This document shows, in pieces, positions 12,223-26,809 of a DNA stretch of 64,000 nt. A program made the translations under genes and the position numbers. Source of the DNA: Leucoraja ocellata (taxonomy: Eukaryota); contig JAWMAR010000030.1 in the NCBI GenBank assembly GCA_036785375.1, forward strand, positions 7,254,001 through 7,318,000, in the 5' to 3' direction. Each line of letters opens with the position of its first letter. Position 1 is the stretch's first letter. Under the pieces are notes generated by a model, which did not search any database, was not told the origin of the DNA, and was given only the letters and a program-made list of their open reading frames with translations.

Positions 12223-13889
12223 AATGATGACATTTCCAAGTTGAAGGATATTAGAAGAGTTTTTAAGCAACATTCTGTAAATTAGTGTACTATTACTGAC
12301 AGCAGGTTTTCTTTAATTGCAGATTTATACATACCCAAATTTAATTAATTGAAGGATCCCGACCCAAAATATCACCTGTCCATTCCCCCCCACAGACGCT
12401 GCCTGACCAGCTGAGTTCCTCCAGCACATTGGGGTTTGATCAAGATTCCAGCATCTGCGGTTCCGTATCAACATGGCCAGGACCCTGGATTCCAGCCTAG
12501 TGACCCGACCAAACCAATGCGGAGGAAAGTACAAACAGAAGATACCCACATGCCCAAAGCTAATAAACAAATACGAATTTAATAGCCTTAGATTCTCACA
12601 ATTCCTCCTCAAGAACAGAAGTGTGAAAGCAACAGAATAATAAAATGCTCTGCATGCACAGTTGTGATATTAACAATGCCTACGAAGTAAATAGTGTTGG
12701 CAATTTGAGATAGGGAAGTGCACCACTGCAATCTTTCCATAATTACAGATGTTATTTCATTATTAGACTGTTCACTGCTTAAAAATGACATAATTTCTTC
12801 AGAGGCAATCCTTTCAAAATCTACCTTAATGCATCATTAACAAACAGATTGCTTTCCGCCGGACCACAGATAAAGTAATATAAAGCACCATTAAGAGCTC
12901 TCCCCTCTTAGTCTTCTATTCAATTTTAAACTAAATTTTTTTTTACTTGTACATGAAACTGCACTGACAAAAACCATGGGATTCGATAGAGATTACACTT
13001 TGGCTAGAAAAGAAAATCAACATTGCATAACCCATTTTATTTCCAATATTGAAGAAACAAAGAACAGCTGCTGGAGATACTTAGGTACAATTTAAAGCAC
13101 TGCCAAAGAAATTAAGTGAGAACATTTGACAACTGAGGAATCGTGGATAAATGTCGAACAAGGAAAAGTGAAAAGCAACGACTGTTTCAGAAACAATTTT
13201 TTTTCGATAAGCATAAGTAAACCAATAAAAATCATCCTGTGCTAATTTGCCCCCCCCATCACTCTTGAACATGGATATATTTTACATCAATTTGCCAAAC
13301 GCAAGGGGTGAGGAGTGTATAATGTCTGCCAGAAAGGACCATTTTAGCGATGCATTTAAATTCATAAAAATGCATTTGTCTGCAGTTTAATATTATTTCT
13401 GCAAAAAGCACCCGATTCTTTTTCATGAACTTTTTGTTAGTTTGGCACATTATCTTTGTTGAACCTCAAAAATCAGTATTTCATACTCAGTTTGCATCTT
13501 ATCATGACGGCAGTAGGTTAAAGCCAAATTTCAAATGAGTTAATTCAACAACCTGAAACGTGGCCAACATAGATTCTTTAAACAAATTTAAGTAAAATGC
13601 TGGTTTAAGCCTGCAAAAACTGAAACATATTTCTGCAAAGTTGCACAACTTGATAAAAATACAAGTATTTCCAGAATGTCTTCAATCTGCCTGATAGTCA
13701 AATACTCACGGTGGATCAAGAATGCAGATGGAACAAATAAAACTTCAAAAGAATGTATTCATGACCGCACTTCATATTTGAAAGCAGTGAATGTCAACAT
13801 CTTAGAAATCCAAGGAAAATTACATAAAGAAAGGTTTTGCATCTGCTCAACATTGCATCAATTACGTTTTGTGTTATTTGATGACATAC

Positions 13890-14061
13890 CTTGCGGCACA
13901 GCAGTTTGTTGGTAGCCTTGGACGGGTCCGTTGTATGGTCCATATTGAGGGGGTGGGACACCGGTCATGTGCTGGTTCTCATAAGCCAACTGCTGCTGGT
14001 GGTACCCTTGGTAGCCAGGTTGGGGCTGTCCATAAGATGCCATGTGACCTTGCTGATTCAT
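13890..14061 (-). CDS. SEC24C: SEC24C first coding exon (exon 13890-14098; MNQQGHMASYGQPQPGYQGYHQ...YGPYNGPVQGYQQTAVPQ)
   Basis: ATG at 14061, tttcag acceptor at 14099, gtatgt donor, 172 coding nt. GQPQPxYxGYHQ and YGxYNGPVxGYQQ motifs identify SEC24C rather than SEC24D. Confidence 0.93.
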
Positions 14062-17000
14062 CTTTATTTCACAAAGTTCATCCCCAAACTAATGTTACCT
14101 GAAATTAACACAGAAAGAACATTTATTCGGTCATATTCTTTCCATTCCACAGACTATTTTTCATTAAAAGAAATGTGCAAGTTCACCTTGCAAGGTTCCC
14201 AATTTTTGCATTGACAAATTAGTGCACCGTACTGTTTGCACACACAGGCTTTGGCAATGACTGTCCATGCAGTTTTAACCAGCAGCTTTACACCAATTCT
14301 AAACCGTGTATCACAATGGCATTACCAGTTCCCCAGTCAGACAGTCTCGAAACATCACCCATTCTTTCTCTCCAGAGATGCTGCCTGTCCTGCTGAGTTA
14401 CCCCAGCTTTTTGTGTCAATCCTCGGTTTAAACCAGCATATACAGTTCCATCCTACACTGGTTAGTTAGATAATGAGAGGTTGAGTAACAGCATGTTATT
14501 TAAAATGACAGAGACCTTCTGGAAATGGTATGTTATATAGCTGTATTGTATTATCTTTGTCAGTGAAATCACACTACAAAAGCAATAACTCTAGAACAGC
14601 ATTAAACAGCTTAAATGAACAGAGTACAAGATAAACTTTTCAATCAGCTTGAATGTATTTGAAAATCAAAACTGCAGGCATTAAAATTTAAATCAAAAAC
14701 ACAAAATTCTAGAAATGCTTCAGAATGAAATACCTTCATCAGAGTTGAAAATGAGACAAAGGAATATATATTATGTATTTGTCAGTTCTAAATCCATCTG
14801 GATTTCTTCGTTGATCTGCATCCATTAGCGTACAGACAGCCCTACAATTTTGTACAATGTGGACTTGCAACAGCTATCCAACAAGGAAGTAGAGAAAACA
14901 TTCAACTATGAACACAATGGTAACTTTTCATATTCTAATGGTATTGAAGAATCTTATTGCGGTTACAAGACAAAGCAATATATTCTGCATGATCATTACT
15001 CATATTTGATAACAAACAGATGTGGACTTTGGTAATTGTCTGCAATCCTAGGATGTATCAGTGGAAATGAGTAATTTGTCAACAAGCTGCAGAGGGCACA
15101 AGCATATGAACCTGTGGCTTGCATTACATCACATCCTGAGGTATTTAATACACTGAAACTGAATAATGCTGTACAACAGAACCAAAACGATGTGGGAGTG
15201 AAATGTTGGCGATTAGCTGATAATTCAACTTTTATTGCCGAACTGCTGCTTCAGCATTATTCTCATACAATAGTACCAAAATGTAAGAAAACCCCAGATT
15301 ATATTTTGCAGAATATTCAGTAATCAGCCATGAGATGCTGAAAATAATTTGGTTGTATTTCCAAAATTAGGTTGCTTTCGGTATAGGTTTGGTCTCATTT
15401 TCTTAGACATTAAAATACTTTGGCAATTCCAAGCCATACAGCCTATGTTGCATGCAGTCCATGTTGGCACTTGTAAAGAAATGTGGATAATGAATGTACT
15501 AGATGCTTGCAGCAAACAAATGGAGATGTCAGAGTCTGCAAGACTAGAAGTGTTCCACAAAGATTTGAAAGCAAACACAAAATTAAAAATCAAGGCACTT
15601 TTTAAACTAAAGCTATTGTAGGTTATTGTATACCGAGGTAATAGATGAGTCTAAGTATATTTACAGCACTAGGCACCTGGATTTATTGGAAGCTATCCAC
15701 AAAGCTCAATCATACACATGCTCAATATCTACTCATTTGGACCTTAAAATGCAAACTTACAGACAATAACACAAGATAACCACTAAGCATCAAAGTACTT
15801 CAGATTTAAGCAATCCCCATTAAAATTCTGTCAGAATCCTATCTTTCTCAAGTATTTCAACTTATCAGTGAACCACAGGCGACAACTGAGTCAAGTACCC
15901 AGCAACAAGGTTCATACCCGGCACACGTGGATCTGTGTCACACGTTATTAATGTGGTTAGTGTACCGTTCTTTTACAGAGTACAACATTCACATATGTAG
16001 GTGAGCTGGGTACTGTGCCCCAACAATGTAAACATAACTGTTCTTGCAGAAGCAACTAGCCATTGATCTTAGAAATACAAAACAAAACTAGGCCATTAAA
16101 GACAGTTCTGCCATTCAAAAATCACTATCTCAATACAATATTCCCACGCTGGCCATATATCACATTTCACATCCTGCATAGAAATCTGATTGCTTCTTTA
16201 ATATATTCTGCAATTCAAAGGTTTGTGGTAGAAAAGTCTAACATGTTATCTTCCACGCACACTTCCTGCCAAAACATGTCAGTTTTAAAATAAATAAATC
16301 CATATTCTTCTAAACTTTCTGAATAAGGACTAAGTCGATTTGACTTTATGCAATAATCCCACCATTCTGGGAATCTGCCAAGAACATTTTCTCTGCACTC
16401 TATCTCTCCAAAAGACAGCGACCAAATTGCACACAATACTCCAATCCCGTATAATACATTGAGCTCTGGTGAAGGCCAAGATGCCGTTTGCCTTAACAGC
16501 TTTGTTTACCTGCATGTTTGGTTACTCAATGTAGTAGGACATCCAGCTGTTTAACAATCACTATTTAAGTGATACTCTATCCTTCTGGCTTTTCCCAATT
16601 AAGGTACATAACTTCACATGTATCAATGTTGTCAAGCGCCTGTCAATTTTTTGTCAAATCAACTAATCTAGGAACTTGAGACCTGAAATAGCCCATTATT
16701 TTATGCAAGCAGGGCCTAACAATGTCTCATATTTGTCCCAGAGATATTAGTAAAGTACATTATTCCTCTTCTGTCAGCACAATAAAGGAAGAACATAACC
16801 TCAAATCTGCATTTCAGCCCTCCCCCCTAACCCCCCCCCCCCCCCCCCCCCACATAATCCTTTACCCCCTTGTTTATGAAGAATCTATTTCTATATTTAA
16901 ACATTTCTAAGGATCTCCTTTGGCTTCCGTTTGAGGGAATTCAGCGCTTGGAGAAAGACGTAAACTCTGACTCAAATGGGCAACCTCTGTCTTTCAAACA

Positions 17001-19002
17001 GTGTAATGAGGGATAATTGTTTCCAGGGAAGGTTGTACTTAAAGTTGTAGATTAAACACACCATATTTGTTAATTGTGAACAGACTGGAATGATCCTAAA
17101 GCCAAACACTCAGTTCAGCAAAATGAGGGATTATTTGAATGTGTTTGTTGAATATACTGGTAGGCAGGATGACCTGAACAGGAACCAATAACAGCATATC
17201 AAACCGCAGTGTTTATTCATGTGCATATGCTTCTTCAATTAAAAAAAACAAAGCCATGGTTCGCAAGTTCTTGCAGTCTGCTTTATTTTTAACTACCACA
17301 ACAACACTAATTGGACAATTATTGTCAATGTCAGGGGCGGAGACAGAAATAACTGTGGAACTCAGTTTCAAAAATGTAGCGCGAATACAATACCGAGCTT
17401 GACAATAAACAATTCCCTTTGGTAGTTACAAGTATATATGTTAATCACTAAAATAAATTTGAAACATCTCCAAGCTAAAATGACAAAAAATCTCTCGCAG
17501 CTCAATCTTAACAAAGTTGCTCCTGTGCATCAGCAACTTGAGGTTTTTCCAAATAAATTGACCCGAAACATCGCCTATCCATGTTCTCCAAAGATGTTGC
17601 CTGACATTCTGAGTTACTCCAGCACTTTGTGACACATTGTTAACTGAGACTGAAGAAACCCATGCTCATGCCTTTTTATAATTAAAGCAAGTTTTTTTTA
17701 TAAAGACAACTGAAGAACCTTACTAAGGATTTGCCCACGAGAAGCTTCAGCAAAGCATTCAGGCTCATGATAAGCAAAAGAATGTCAAACTAAGGTGCCC
17801 ACTTGGTTGTCCCCATATATTGTGTTGCCCCACATAAATTAACTCGCTGATCAACATGTGGAAATGTTTTAATCCAATTTTAAATCTTAATGTTTCAGAG
17901 AATATTATCACATTCTCAATGAAATATTTAGTTCAAATGTCAAGTTCAATTTAGTTCAAATGCCAAATGTCACCGAGAAAATCATCCTTCCCCCACTATT
18001 CTGTTCAATTCTGATCTTGACATTTTTTCTCATCTCTCCATTATTTTGCATCCCATAAACATACTTATCTCTAAAGAGAAGATGGATTTCTCAGCATTGC
18101 AAGATAAAGAAACAGCAATACCAATACACTTGGAGGCCAATTTATTTTTCAGCGAAGTGTAGTTATTGCAGCATTTCATAATCAAATTCAGCCACTTACC
18201 AAAATGCTGGATTGCCAAAGAGGTATGACTAATAGGAACGAAAAGGAAGCTATTCAGAAATTTGATAAGCTGACTATTACGCCAAGATATTTATTTATCA
18301 TAGCTTGATAAGCAACAGAAATAGGATCCATTCTTAAATAACCAAATATTACAGACATATGATAGTGGGAGAAAATTTCAAATATCAGTTGTCATTAAAA
18401 AACGTTCTGAATTTCCTCCTAAGTGGCTGAGCAACTTTTAACTATTGTCACTTTAAAAATTCCCCAGCATAAATGGTTAACATGTGCCCACTGTAATTAA
18501 TCTTTTTAACATGTAAAACTCAAAGATACAAGAACACAAATTTGTGCGAGATATTTATAAAATAATACATACCTTAATTTTATTACAATTGTATCACATC
18601 AAATACAGGGAGGGACAGAAGGAAGGCCCAAAATCACATTATATAGAAACAGCAGGTAGAGGAAAGTGTCTTAATGAGGAAACAAAGTCAGAAAGTGCAA
18701 AGAAAATACTTCAGAATAACAAAGCACGTCGATCAATCATCAGAATCTATGCCTAGTTCTAAACATCACCCACTCAGAATGTATTTGATAATCCTCCTCA
18801 AAATCATATGGCTCATTAAGATTATCTTCCAGTCTTCAAAACTTCAATAGTGGTCGAACCTGCTCAAATTCTCATCACTCAGCAACAATTTTAACCCGGG
18901 GGTCTAGATAAACCTCTCCGCAATGTCCCCAAAGCAACCCTATCTATCCTTAAATGCAGAGACCAAACCTGTATGCAATACTCCAAAATGGATACCCAAG
19001 AG

Positions 19003-19405
19003 ATGGCAGATGCTAGAATTTTGAGCAAACAAAAAAGTGCTGGTTGGAACTCAGCGGGTTAGGCAGCATCTGTAGATAGACAACATTTTGTGCCAGGATC
19101 CTTCTCAGAGTCGAAAGAAAGGTTCCGACCAGATGTGTCATCTGTCAGTTTCCCTCCACAGATGCCATCTGACCTGCTGTGTTCCTCCGGCACTTTTTTG
19201 TTTGCTCAAGATTCCAGAATCTGCTGTACTCGGATACTGGTTAATACACAAAAGGACACAAAGTGCTGGAGTAACACAGCCGGTCAGGAACACGGATAGG
19301 TGATGTTCCGGGTCAAGTCTAAAGATGGGTCTTGAAACATCACTTATTCATGTTCTCCAGAGATGCTGCCTGACCTGTTGCGTACCTCCAGCACTGCATG
19401 TCCTT
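19003..19405. repeat. Two fold-back Penelope pLTR-type repeats
   Basis: Inverted copies of cagatgct...aaagtgctgg...aactcagcgggt.aggcagcatct; boundaries approximate. Confidence 0.6.
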
Positions 19406-21859
19406 TACATCAAAACATCCTAGTTCGACATCATGCCTTTTTGCACTGATATTTCAGATTAGCAGTACGAATGCTAATTGACAGGCTGCTCTGATAATCG
19501 TCATGGTGATTCTGTGTGTCCTGCCACGTTCCTGCCCAAATCCTCATATGCTCAATATTGAAAAATGTTTTAATTTCAAGAATGTATAAACCAAGATTAA
19601 GCAATCACTGTCCTCAAAGATAGAGAATATCAGAGATTTACTTTCCTATGAAAGTACAATCTTCGTTTTACATGTCCAACTTGAGACTACCCTAACCCTA
19701 ACTTCAAAATTCTGTAAATGTAGCACAAAGTCCCTGGAAGAAACAATATCACAACATCTATTCTGCCATTCCCGTTCAGGATCTTGCATGTTAATAAAAT
19801 ATTTTATTGTTATAAGCTTCATCACATATTGGCCAATCTTCCTTAATTGCAACTTCACAGTAACTGATCACTGAAGACAAATCATATGCAAAACAGTAAA
19901 TCATTTCAGTTATAGGTTTTAGGAAAGCAGTTATAATTTAGGAAGCACTGATTAATCTTTCTTCAATTGACAGTCCACTAAAATCACCTCAGGTAGACGC
20001 AAAATGTTAGAGTCTCAGCTGAGTTGCTCTAGCATTTTGTGTCAGATTTGACATAAACCAGCATCTGCAGTTCATTTTTATTCCACTAAAATCACTCTGG
20101 TCTTTGCACACTGAATTCAGAACAAAACTTGGTCAAATGTGTTTTATTGCAACCATTCATGCTCACTGTTGAGCAAAGAGAGGACACACAGTAATCAGCT
20201 GCATTTACCATAGGTATTTTGGATTATCCTTAAAAGAAACTTAGTTCATGGACTCTGCTCACCTTCCACGTGATCTAGACGAGGCAACAAATTATAATTT
20301 GTTTCAACATCGTTCTAAAGTCCCATGTGGTTTAATTATCACCAAGTAGTTTTATTTTACTTTATCTTCTCAGATATCTGTTCAAAATTAATAATCAGTT
20401 CATAGTCTTCATAAGATAGGATAGAACTTTATTTATCTACTCCTCCCTTGAATAAATAAAGTTCTATAGTATCCTATGAAGACTGCGGTGTACTCACTGC
20501 AGAGTACTCAGTGGACAAATATTTTTAAATTCTCAAAACAGACAACTTGGATGAGGAGAAAAGCCCTCTGACAAAAAAAAGTTAAAAAATCCACATGATA
20601 TGACAAATGGAAAGCTGTCGCCAACCATAAAGGAAAAGCAGAGGTATGAGTGGAAATGCAGGGCAAAAGGTAATTGACACCAATGCAATGTGGCCATATT
20701 AGCATTAGAAGACCATGCACTAATAAACAATGTAGTGCAGGACAAAGAACTGACATGGGTCAAAATATTCAGCAGCTATTGGTAAGAAGTTAATGGGTGA
20801 TAGAACTTGGGAGAAACTGCTGAAATGAGAGCAGAAGGCATGCGAGAGGGCTGTTGAAATTGTATATTGACAACAGGGAATGGGGAAAGAATACTTCAGA
20901 GTAAAGATTATATGAAAATGCAGAAGCCCTAAATAATGATTTTAGGATTTTAGATGTGGTTGGAATAGGATTTTAGAAAGGGCTGAGAAAGCAGACTAAG
21001 TCGCCATTTTTAAAATAAACTTGACAAGTGAATGGAAAGTAACAGCATCTATATTTTTTCTCATAATAGGCAGCAACACAAACAATGCAACCACTTCATG
21101 ATTCTGCCCAGTGATGGAGATAAAATATTTTTTTTTTAAATGCGATTGCATAGCTTTGAGCTGAATTTGCGGCTCAGTCTAAGAAGAAATACTCTCCCAC
21201 ATTATCCTGGGAAGTGATATAAAAGCAGTGATCTAACAATCTTAAAGTAAAATACATGTTCTTCTCTTTATGTTCCAACAAGTCACTGGAAATGGCAAGA
21301 TATTTGTGCTGGAATATGCACACAAGACATCTGTAACCTACAAGATTAGGTGGCACATCGGGAATGATCAAAACTGTAGTCCATTTAAAGATGCTACACT
21401 ATTACTGAGCTTGGCTTAATTCCAGTTTAGCAAATTTGAATACATCACCAGACCATTAGATTTCAGAGATTCCCCATCAGGCAATACTTGGATGCACAAC
21501 AACTCAATGCAGCAGCATGACAAAAAAATCACCAGCCTATCTACCACAATCATAAACTTTCCAGTACACCTAACTGGTACCAATTTCTCATGAACCAACA
21601 ACCAATAATTTAACAACTCAGTTGAATCTCATTCATGCTGTTCAAAGGGGAAAATTGACAGTGAGGAAGCATATCCAAGTTTACAATGGGATCTTGGGTA
21701 GATACACCAAAGAAATGGAAAATGCAATTTAACTCTGGCATGAGTGAGTAGTTGCACTTTGATATGTCAATCCAGAGCAGGGTCTGTACAATAAGCCCTG
21801 GAAAACATTGGAAAACAGAGAGATCAGCGAGTACAGGTGCACAGTTCCCTGAAAGTGGT

Positions 21860-22525
21860 AAGTCATGTGAACAGGACAGTGAAGGCAACATTTAGCATGC
21901 TTGCCTTCAATGGGAAGAACTTTAGAGTACAAAAGTTGTGACATCATAATGCAGCTGTACAAAACATGGGCAAGATTGCCTTTGGAGTACTGTACGCCGT
22001 TCTGATCACCTAGCTAAAGGAAGGGTGTTATTAAGTTAGACAGGGAGCAGAAGACAATACCCATATGTAACTGAGACCTGTTGGCTTGAGTTATAGGGAG
22101 AGGTTGCAAAGAATGAGACTTTTCCCTTTGTAGTGTAGGAGGCCGAGAGATGACATTACTGAGGTGTACAAAATAATGCGGGGCATGGATCACATGAACG
22201 CTCATAGCTAATTTACCCAGGGTCGAAGATTCAAATACTATAAGTCAAAGGCTTATGATGAGAGTAAAGAGATTTAAGTGGGTCATCGGGGGCAACCTTT
22301 TCCACTCAGAAGATTGTCCGTATCTGGAATGAACTGCCAGAGCAAGCTTTAGAAGCAAATGCAATTACAAATTCCAAAAGCCTTCTTGACAAATATATGA
22401 TCAGAAGAGTTCAGAGGGCTATGGGTCAAATATAGGCAAATGGGATGAGCCAAAAGGTCCAAACATGGTCAGATTAAACAAGGTGAGCCAAAGAGATAGT
22501 TTCTGCTGTATAGCTCTACAACTCA
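21860..22525 (+). mobile_element. Degenerate CR1-type LINE 3' region
   Basis: Remnants of LEYC.QFWSP, RGDIxEVYKIM and FFTQRVV..WNELP motifs. Confidence 0.7.
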
Positions 22526-23149
22526 AACTATCCAGGAACAAGTGTCCTCAAGTGTGAACAAAATGTATCTCCAGAGGAGGTGTTGGCACTGATTAGTGGA
22601 CAACTCCCACATCAGAAGTCTGTGGATCCATGTCCCACCTCAGGAGTAGCTTCACCTGAAAATTAATGCTTTACAAGGTGCTGACAAAACCACTTCTCGA
22701 ACAATTCAGAAAAAACTGCCAATGCTGGAATCTTGATCAAAAAAAATAAAGGAAATCAAATGGATAGGTAGCATCTGTGGAGGGAATAGACAAATTATGT
22801 TTCTGGCCAGGACCTTTCTTTAGCTGGCCTGGAGTAAATAAAAGTGCAATCACAATAATCTAACCTGACTGAGTAAAGCAATGCCAGAGGATACTACTCT
22901 TTATGGAGTAGCACCACACTGCTAAACGAGCCTTCTGTCTGGTGAGGCATCAACTCAGCTTTTTTTTGGGTGAGCCTCTGTATTCAGACTTCTGATCGGT
23001 CCTTCGATAAGCTCGGATCTTGTCCGGCATGCCTCATTGCAGACATTGAACTTTGTCTCTAGAAGTACTACGATACAACACCGAGATCTATATTCTGCTC
23101 TCTGTACCCTGCTCATCGTTCCATATTTTGTACTTGTACTTGCCGCAAG

Positions 23150-23678
23150 TCCTCATTTTTAACCCCCTCAGCTGTCGCATACAGCACATAATCCTCCAAC
23201 ATTTTTGCCAACTACAACGGGATCCCACCACTCGTCACATCTTACCATCTCCCCCCCTTTCCCTAGACAGCAATTGGTTAATATTCCCACCCAAATCACC
23301 GCCTCCCCAGGTACCTTCCCCAGCAACCATAGGAGGTGCAATGCCTGACCATATACCTCCTCCCTCAACTCTGTCCAAGAACCTCAACCGTCCTTTCAGG
23401 TAAGAAAGAGTTCATTTACATCTCTTCCAACCTCATCTACTGTATCCGCTGTTCCAGGTGTGGACTCCTATATCAACGATGCCAAGTGCAGACTGGATGA
23501 TCTGTGTACCTTTTCATATGTCTTGCTTCCCTCTCCCCTGACACTCAATCTGAAGAGCCTCAACCAGAAACATCATCTATTCCTTTTCTCCAGAGATGCT
23601 GTCTGACTCTCTGAGTTACGCTGGCTTTTTGTGTCTATCTTGTGTGTAAACCAGCACCTGCAGTTCCTTCCTACACAT
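23150..23678 (+). mobile_element. Penelope-like element fragment (Zn-finger/GIY-YIG region) followed by pLTR
   Basis: Encodes ..SSNLIYCIRCSRCGLLYI.. (PLE GIY-YIG), followed by the abundant ctgaaga...ccagagatgct...ctgcagttccttcctacac repeat. Confidence 0.75.
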
Positions 23679-23867
23679 TATGCCTTGGTTATATGTGTAT
23701 AGTATTATCTGATTTGATTTATTAGCATGCAAGTTGTCCACTGCACTTCATTATACGAGACAATCGTACAGTTAAATCAACCCATCTCAACTTTCGGGTG
23801 AGACCAACTCATCTCCTCTATCAGGTGAGATGTTCACTCATCTCTTCGGTCAGATTAATGTAAAAGT

Positions 23868-25367
23868 TGCAAAACTCCTGTATTGGATGAATGAATACCT
23901 AATCGCGACCACCTACCGACCTGGGTACACATGGAAAAGGCGAGTTCACATCTCCCGTTGCAGTCTGTCCTATGCTCCCAACTGCCCCTTCTATAACATC
24001 TGTGGGTGCAGGCTCAATTTCATCCCTCTCGCTCAAGATATGGAGTCAACTCAGGAAAAACATCCGTTTACAAGGCCCTTCCATCTTGACCCCACTGCTT
24101 AAAAACCACATCTTTAAACCTTCAAGTACAGACCACGCATTCAAAACCTGGCATAGCAACGGTATCAGTAGTATCAAAAACCTATACAAGGATGGCATCT
24201 TTTCGTCTTTTGCGGAGCTCTCGTCCAACTATAGCCTCCCAAACTCCCACCTTTTTCGTTTTTTCCAGATTAGGGATTTTGCGAAGAAGACATTCCCCCA
24301 TTTCCCAAATCGCCCCCCTGAAACCCTGACCGATACCATCTTAGCTCTAGATCCCAACCGGAAGAAATGCATCTCTGTTTTGTATAACTTGTTAGGGTCG
24401 TTTATATTGAAACCTCATACCTCATTAAAAGCTGCGTGGGAGGGTGAGCTGAATACGAAACTAACAGACCAGCAATGGGACTCTGCCTTGGACTTGACCC
24501 ATTCTTCCTGCATATGTGCCCGTCATGGCCTAATCCAATGCAAAGTCCTTCACAAAGTCCACTACACAAATGCAAGATTATCTAGAATTTACCCCGCTGT
24601 TAGGGACACCTGCAACAGATGTAATCAATCTCCTGCCAACCATAGCCATATGTTTTGGTCTTGCCCTAAGCTAGCAGCCTTTTGGAGGAGTGCTTTCGAC
24701 TTGATAAGCAGAGCCTACGGCCAGACTATTCCTCCAAACCCACTGTCAGCCATTTTTGGTACCCCTCCCAACGCCAACCTCTCTGTTGCGGTGAAACAGG
24801 TTCTAGCTTTTACAACCTTGTTAGCCCGGAGACTGATCTTGCTGGAGGCTCACCTGTCCCCCGACACACACCCGCTGGATTAAGAAGGTGCTTTACAATT
24901 TAAAGTTTGAAAAACTTAGGTTCTCTCTCAAAGGCTCTACCAAGACATTCCTAGATACATGGAACCCTTTCTTGGAACTTGTTAACTCTCTCAACTTGTC
25001 CCCGGACTCGGAAGAGGACTGAGTGCTCTCCACCATTGTTCTGCTCTACTGCAGCTGCTCTCCCCTTAACACCACCCCCCCCACTTATTTATTTAATTAC
25101 TGACTTATTTACTGTTATTAGTGACCTTTTTTTTTAATATAAGTACTTTTTGTTTCGTTTATCTTACCATACTTGTGTGGATGTGTATGTATGTGAGTGT
25201 TGTTTGTTCCTGTTTGGTTTCGACCCGATTCGGGTGGGTTGAAGGTGGGTAAGGGCAAGGGCTTTGAGGGTCGCTTACATACTGTTGCACAATTATGCCT
25301 TGACCGGCACTGTCTGCTACCATTGTATGTATGCAAATTGCTGTGAAAGTCAAATAAAAATATTTAA
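23868..25367 (+). mobile_element. 5'-truncated L1/Tx1-clade LINE (ORF2 C-terminus and 3'UTR)
   Basis: ORF 23972-24883 carries the CNRC..HMFWSC CCHC motif. Frameshift near 24850; the continuation ends ...DSEED* at ~25022. AATAAA at ~25352. Confidence 0.85.
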
Positions 25368-25436
25368 ATCAGTTGCATTTTGATGCATTGATAAGTTTTC
25401 TCCAGAACCTCTGCCATTCCACAAATGGATCGGGTA

Positions 25437-25750
25437 CTTTTACCCAGAGTCTTTTACCCAGAGTAGGGAAATCGAGGACCAGAGGGCATAGGTTCAAGGT
25501 GAAGGGGAAAAGATCCTCGAGGTAACATTTTCCACACAGAGGGTGATGGGTGGTATGGAACAAGCTGCCAGGGGAGGTAGTTCAGGCTTGGACTATCCCA
25601 TCATTTAAGAAACAGTTGGACAGGTACATGGATAAGACAGGTTTGGAGGGTTATGGACCAAGCGCACGCAGGCAAGTGGGACTAGGTGTGGGCGAGTTGG
25701 GCCGAGGGGCCTGTTTCCACACTGTCTTAATCTATGACTCTAAATAAAAA
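25437..25750 (+). mobile_element. CR1-type LINE 3' end
   Basis: RTRGHRFKV...FSTQRVMGVWNKLPGEVV...FKKQLDRYM motif and ctatgactctaaa tail. Confidence 0.75.
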
Positions 25751-26099
25751 AAAGAAGATAGACACAAAAAACTGGAGTAACCCAGCAGGACAGGCTGCAT
25801 CTCTGGAGAGAAGGAATGGGTGACGTTTCGGGTCGAGACTGTTTTAGACTAGTCTGGGGAAAGGGAAACGAGAGAGAGACGCCGATGTAGAGAGATAGAG
25901 AACAAATGTAAAAAAACGTCAACTGCAGGTGATCACACCCCCATCTGATGCGCCAGGATGCACTGAAAAACGCTACAATATTTCATACTACAACTTCAGT
26001 AAATAAAGTGGCCTCAACCAATGGCACATCATATGGTCAAGAGGGTTCAATAGGGAAATTGTACAGCGGAGGAGTCCAGCGTATGTTAAGAATCGGGGG

Positions 26100-26770
26100 T
26101 GGAAATGCGGAAATGCGTCGAAACCAGCAAAGGATCCTGCTCAACATCATTCCCGTCTCTTCAGGCCCAAGACTTGGCCTCACCCGCCTTTTGGGCGCAA
26201 ACCTGATTCAACGAAACGCCGGCAAGGCCCTGAACTGAGGGAGTGGAGGCCTTGTACTTGTGGCACTCCCGTGGGACGATTCCCTGGAAGCTCCAGCCCA
26301 CTTAACGCTTGACGACTGCCCCAGGCTGCATGGGGCCGGGCCGGGCCCCAGCTACCAGCCGCCGGCTCCGGCCCCGGCCCATCCACCGCCTACATCGGGC
26401 TAAGCCTTGGCCTCACACCGTCAAGCAAAGGCCTAGGCCTATGCCATTCGTGCCCACCGGTGGTCCAGTCCATGCCAGAGCCGGCTGAAAGCCTGAGCCC
26501 GAGCCCCCCGGCCGGGTCCGCGACTACTCCGCCGGCTACTCACCGCCTTCCCGAGGCCTCTCTCCGCTCGCTGCCACGTCCGTCTCTCGCCCGCCTGCCG
26601 TGCTGACGCAATGACGCACGCGCTGCGTCACGGCGCACAACAAGCTGCCGGGTGTGGCGCATGCTCACTGCGCGCAGTGAAGCCCGGCGCCATTTGCCGG
26701 CGTTGAGAGGAGAAGACGTTGCTGCCGCTGTCGGTCGAGGGAGGCGGCCCCAGGCCCCACACACACAGCA
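26100..26770 (-). promoter_or_regulatory. SEC24C: CpG island / SEC24C promoter
   Basis: GC- and CpG-rich island in AT-rich DNA, with CRE-like, NRF1-like and YY1-like motifs. Confidence 0.8.
26544..26600 (-). other. SEC24C: Probable non-coding exon 1 of SEC24C (5' end uncertain)
   Basis: Consensus donor CG|GTGAGT at 26543 inside the CpG island. Would splice to the acceptor at 14098. Confidence 0.7.
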
Positions 26771-26809
26771 GGGCCTGATCCCCAACCATTCCCGTTCGTA
26801 AGCCGATAA

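Noticed and set aside
23972-24883. 303-aa ORF as a host gene
   Set aside because: L1/Tx1 ORF2 C-terminal fragment, truncated and frameshifted.
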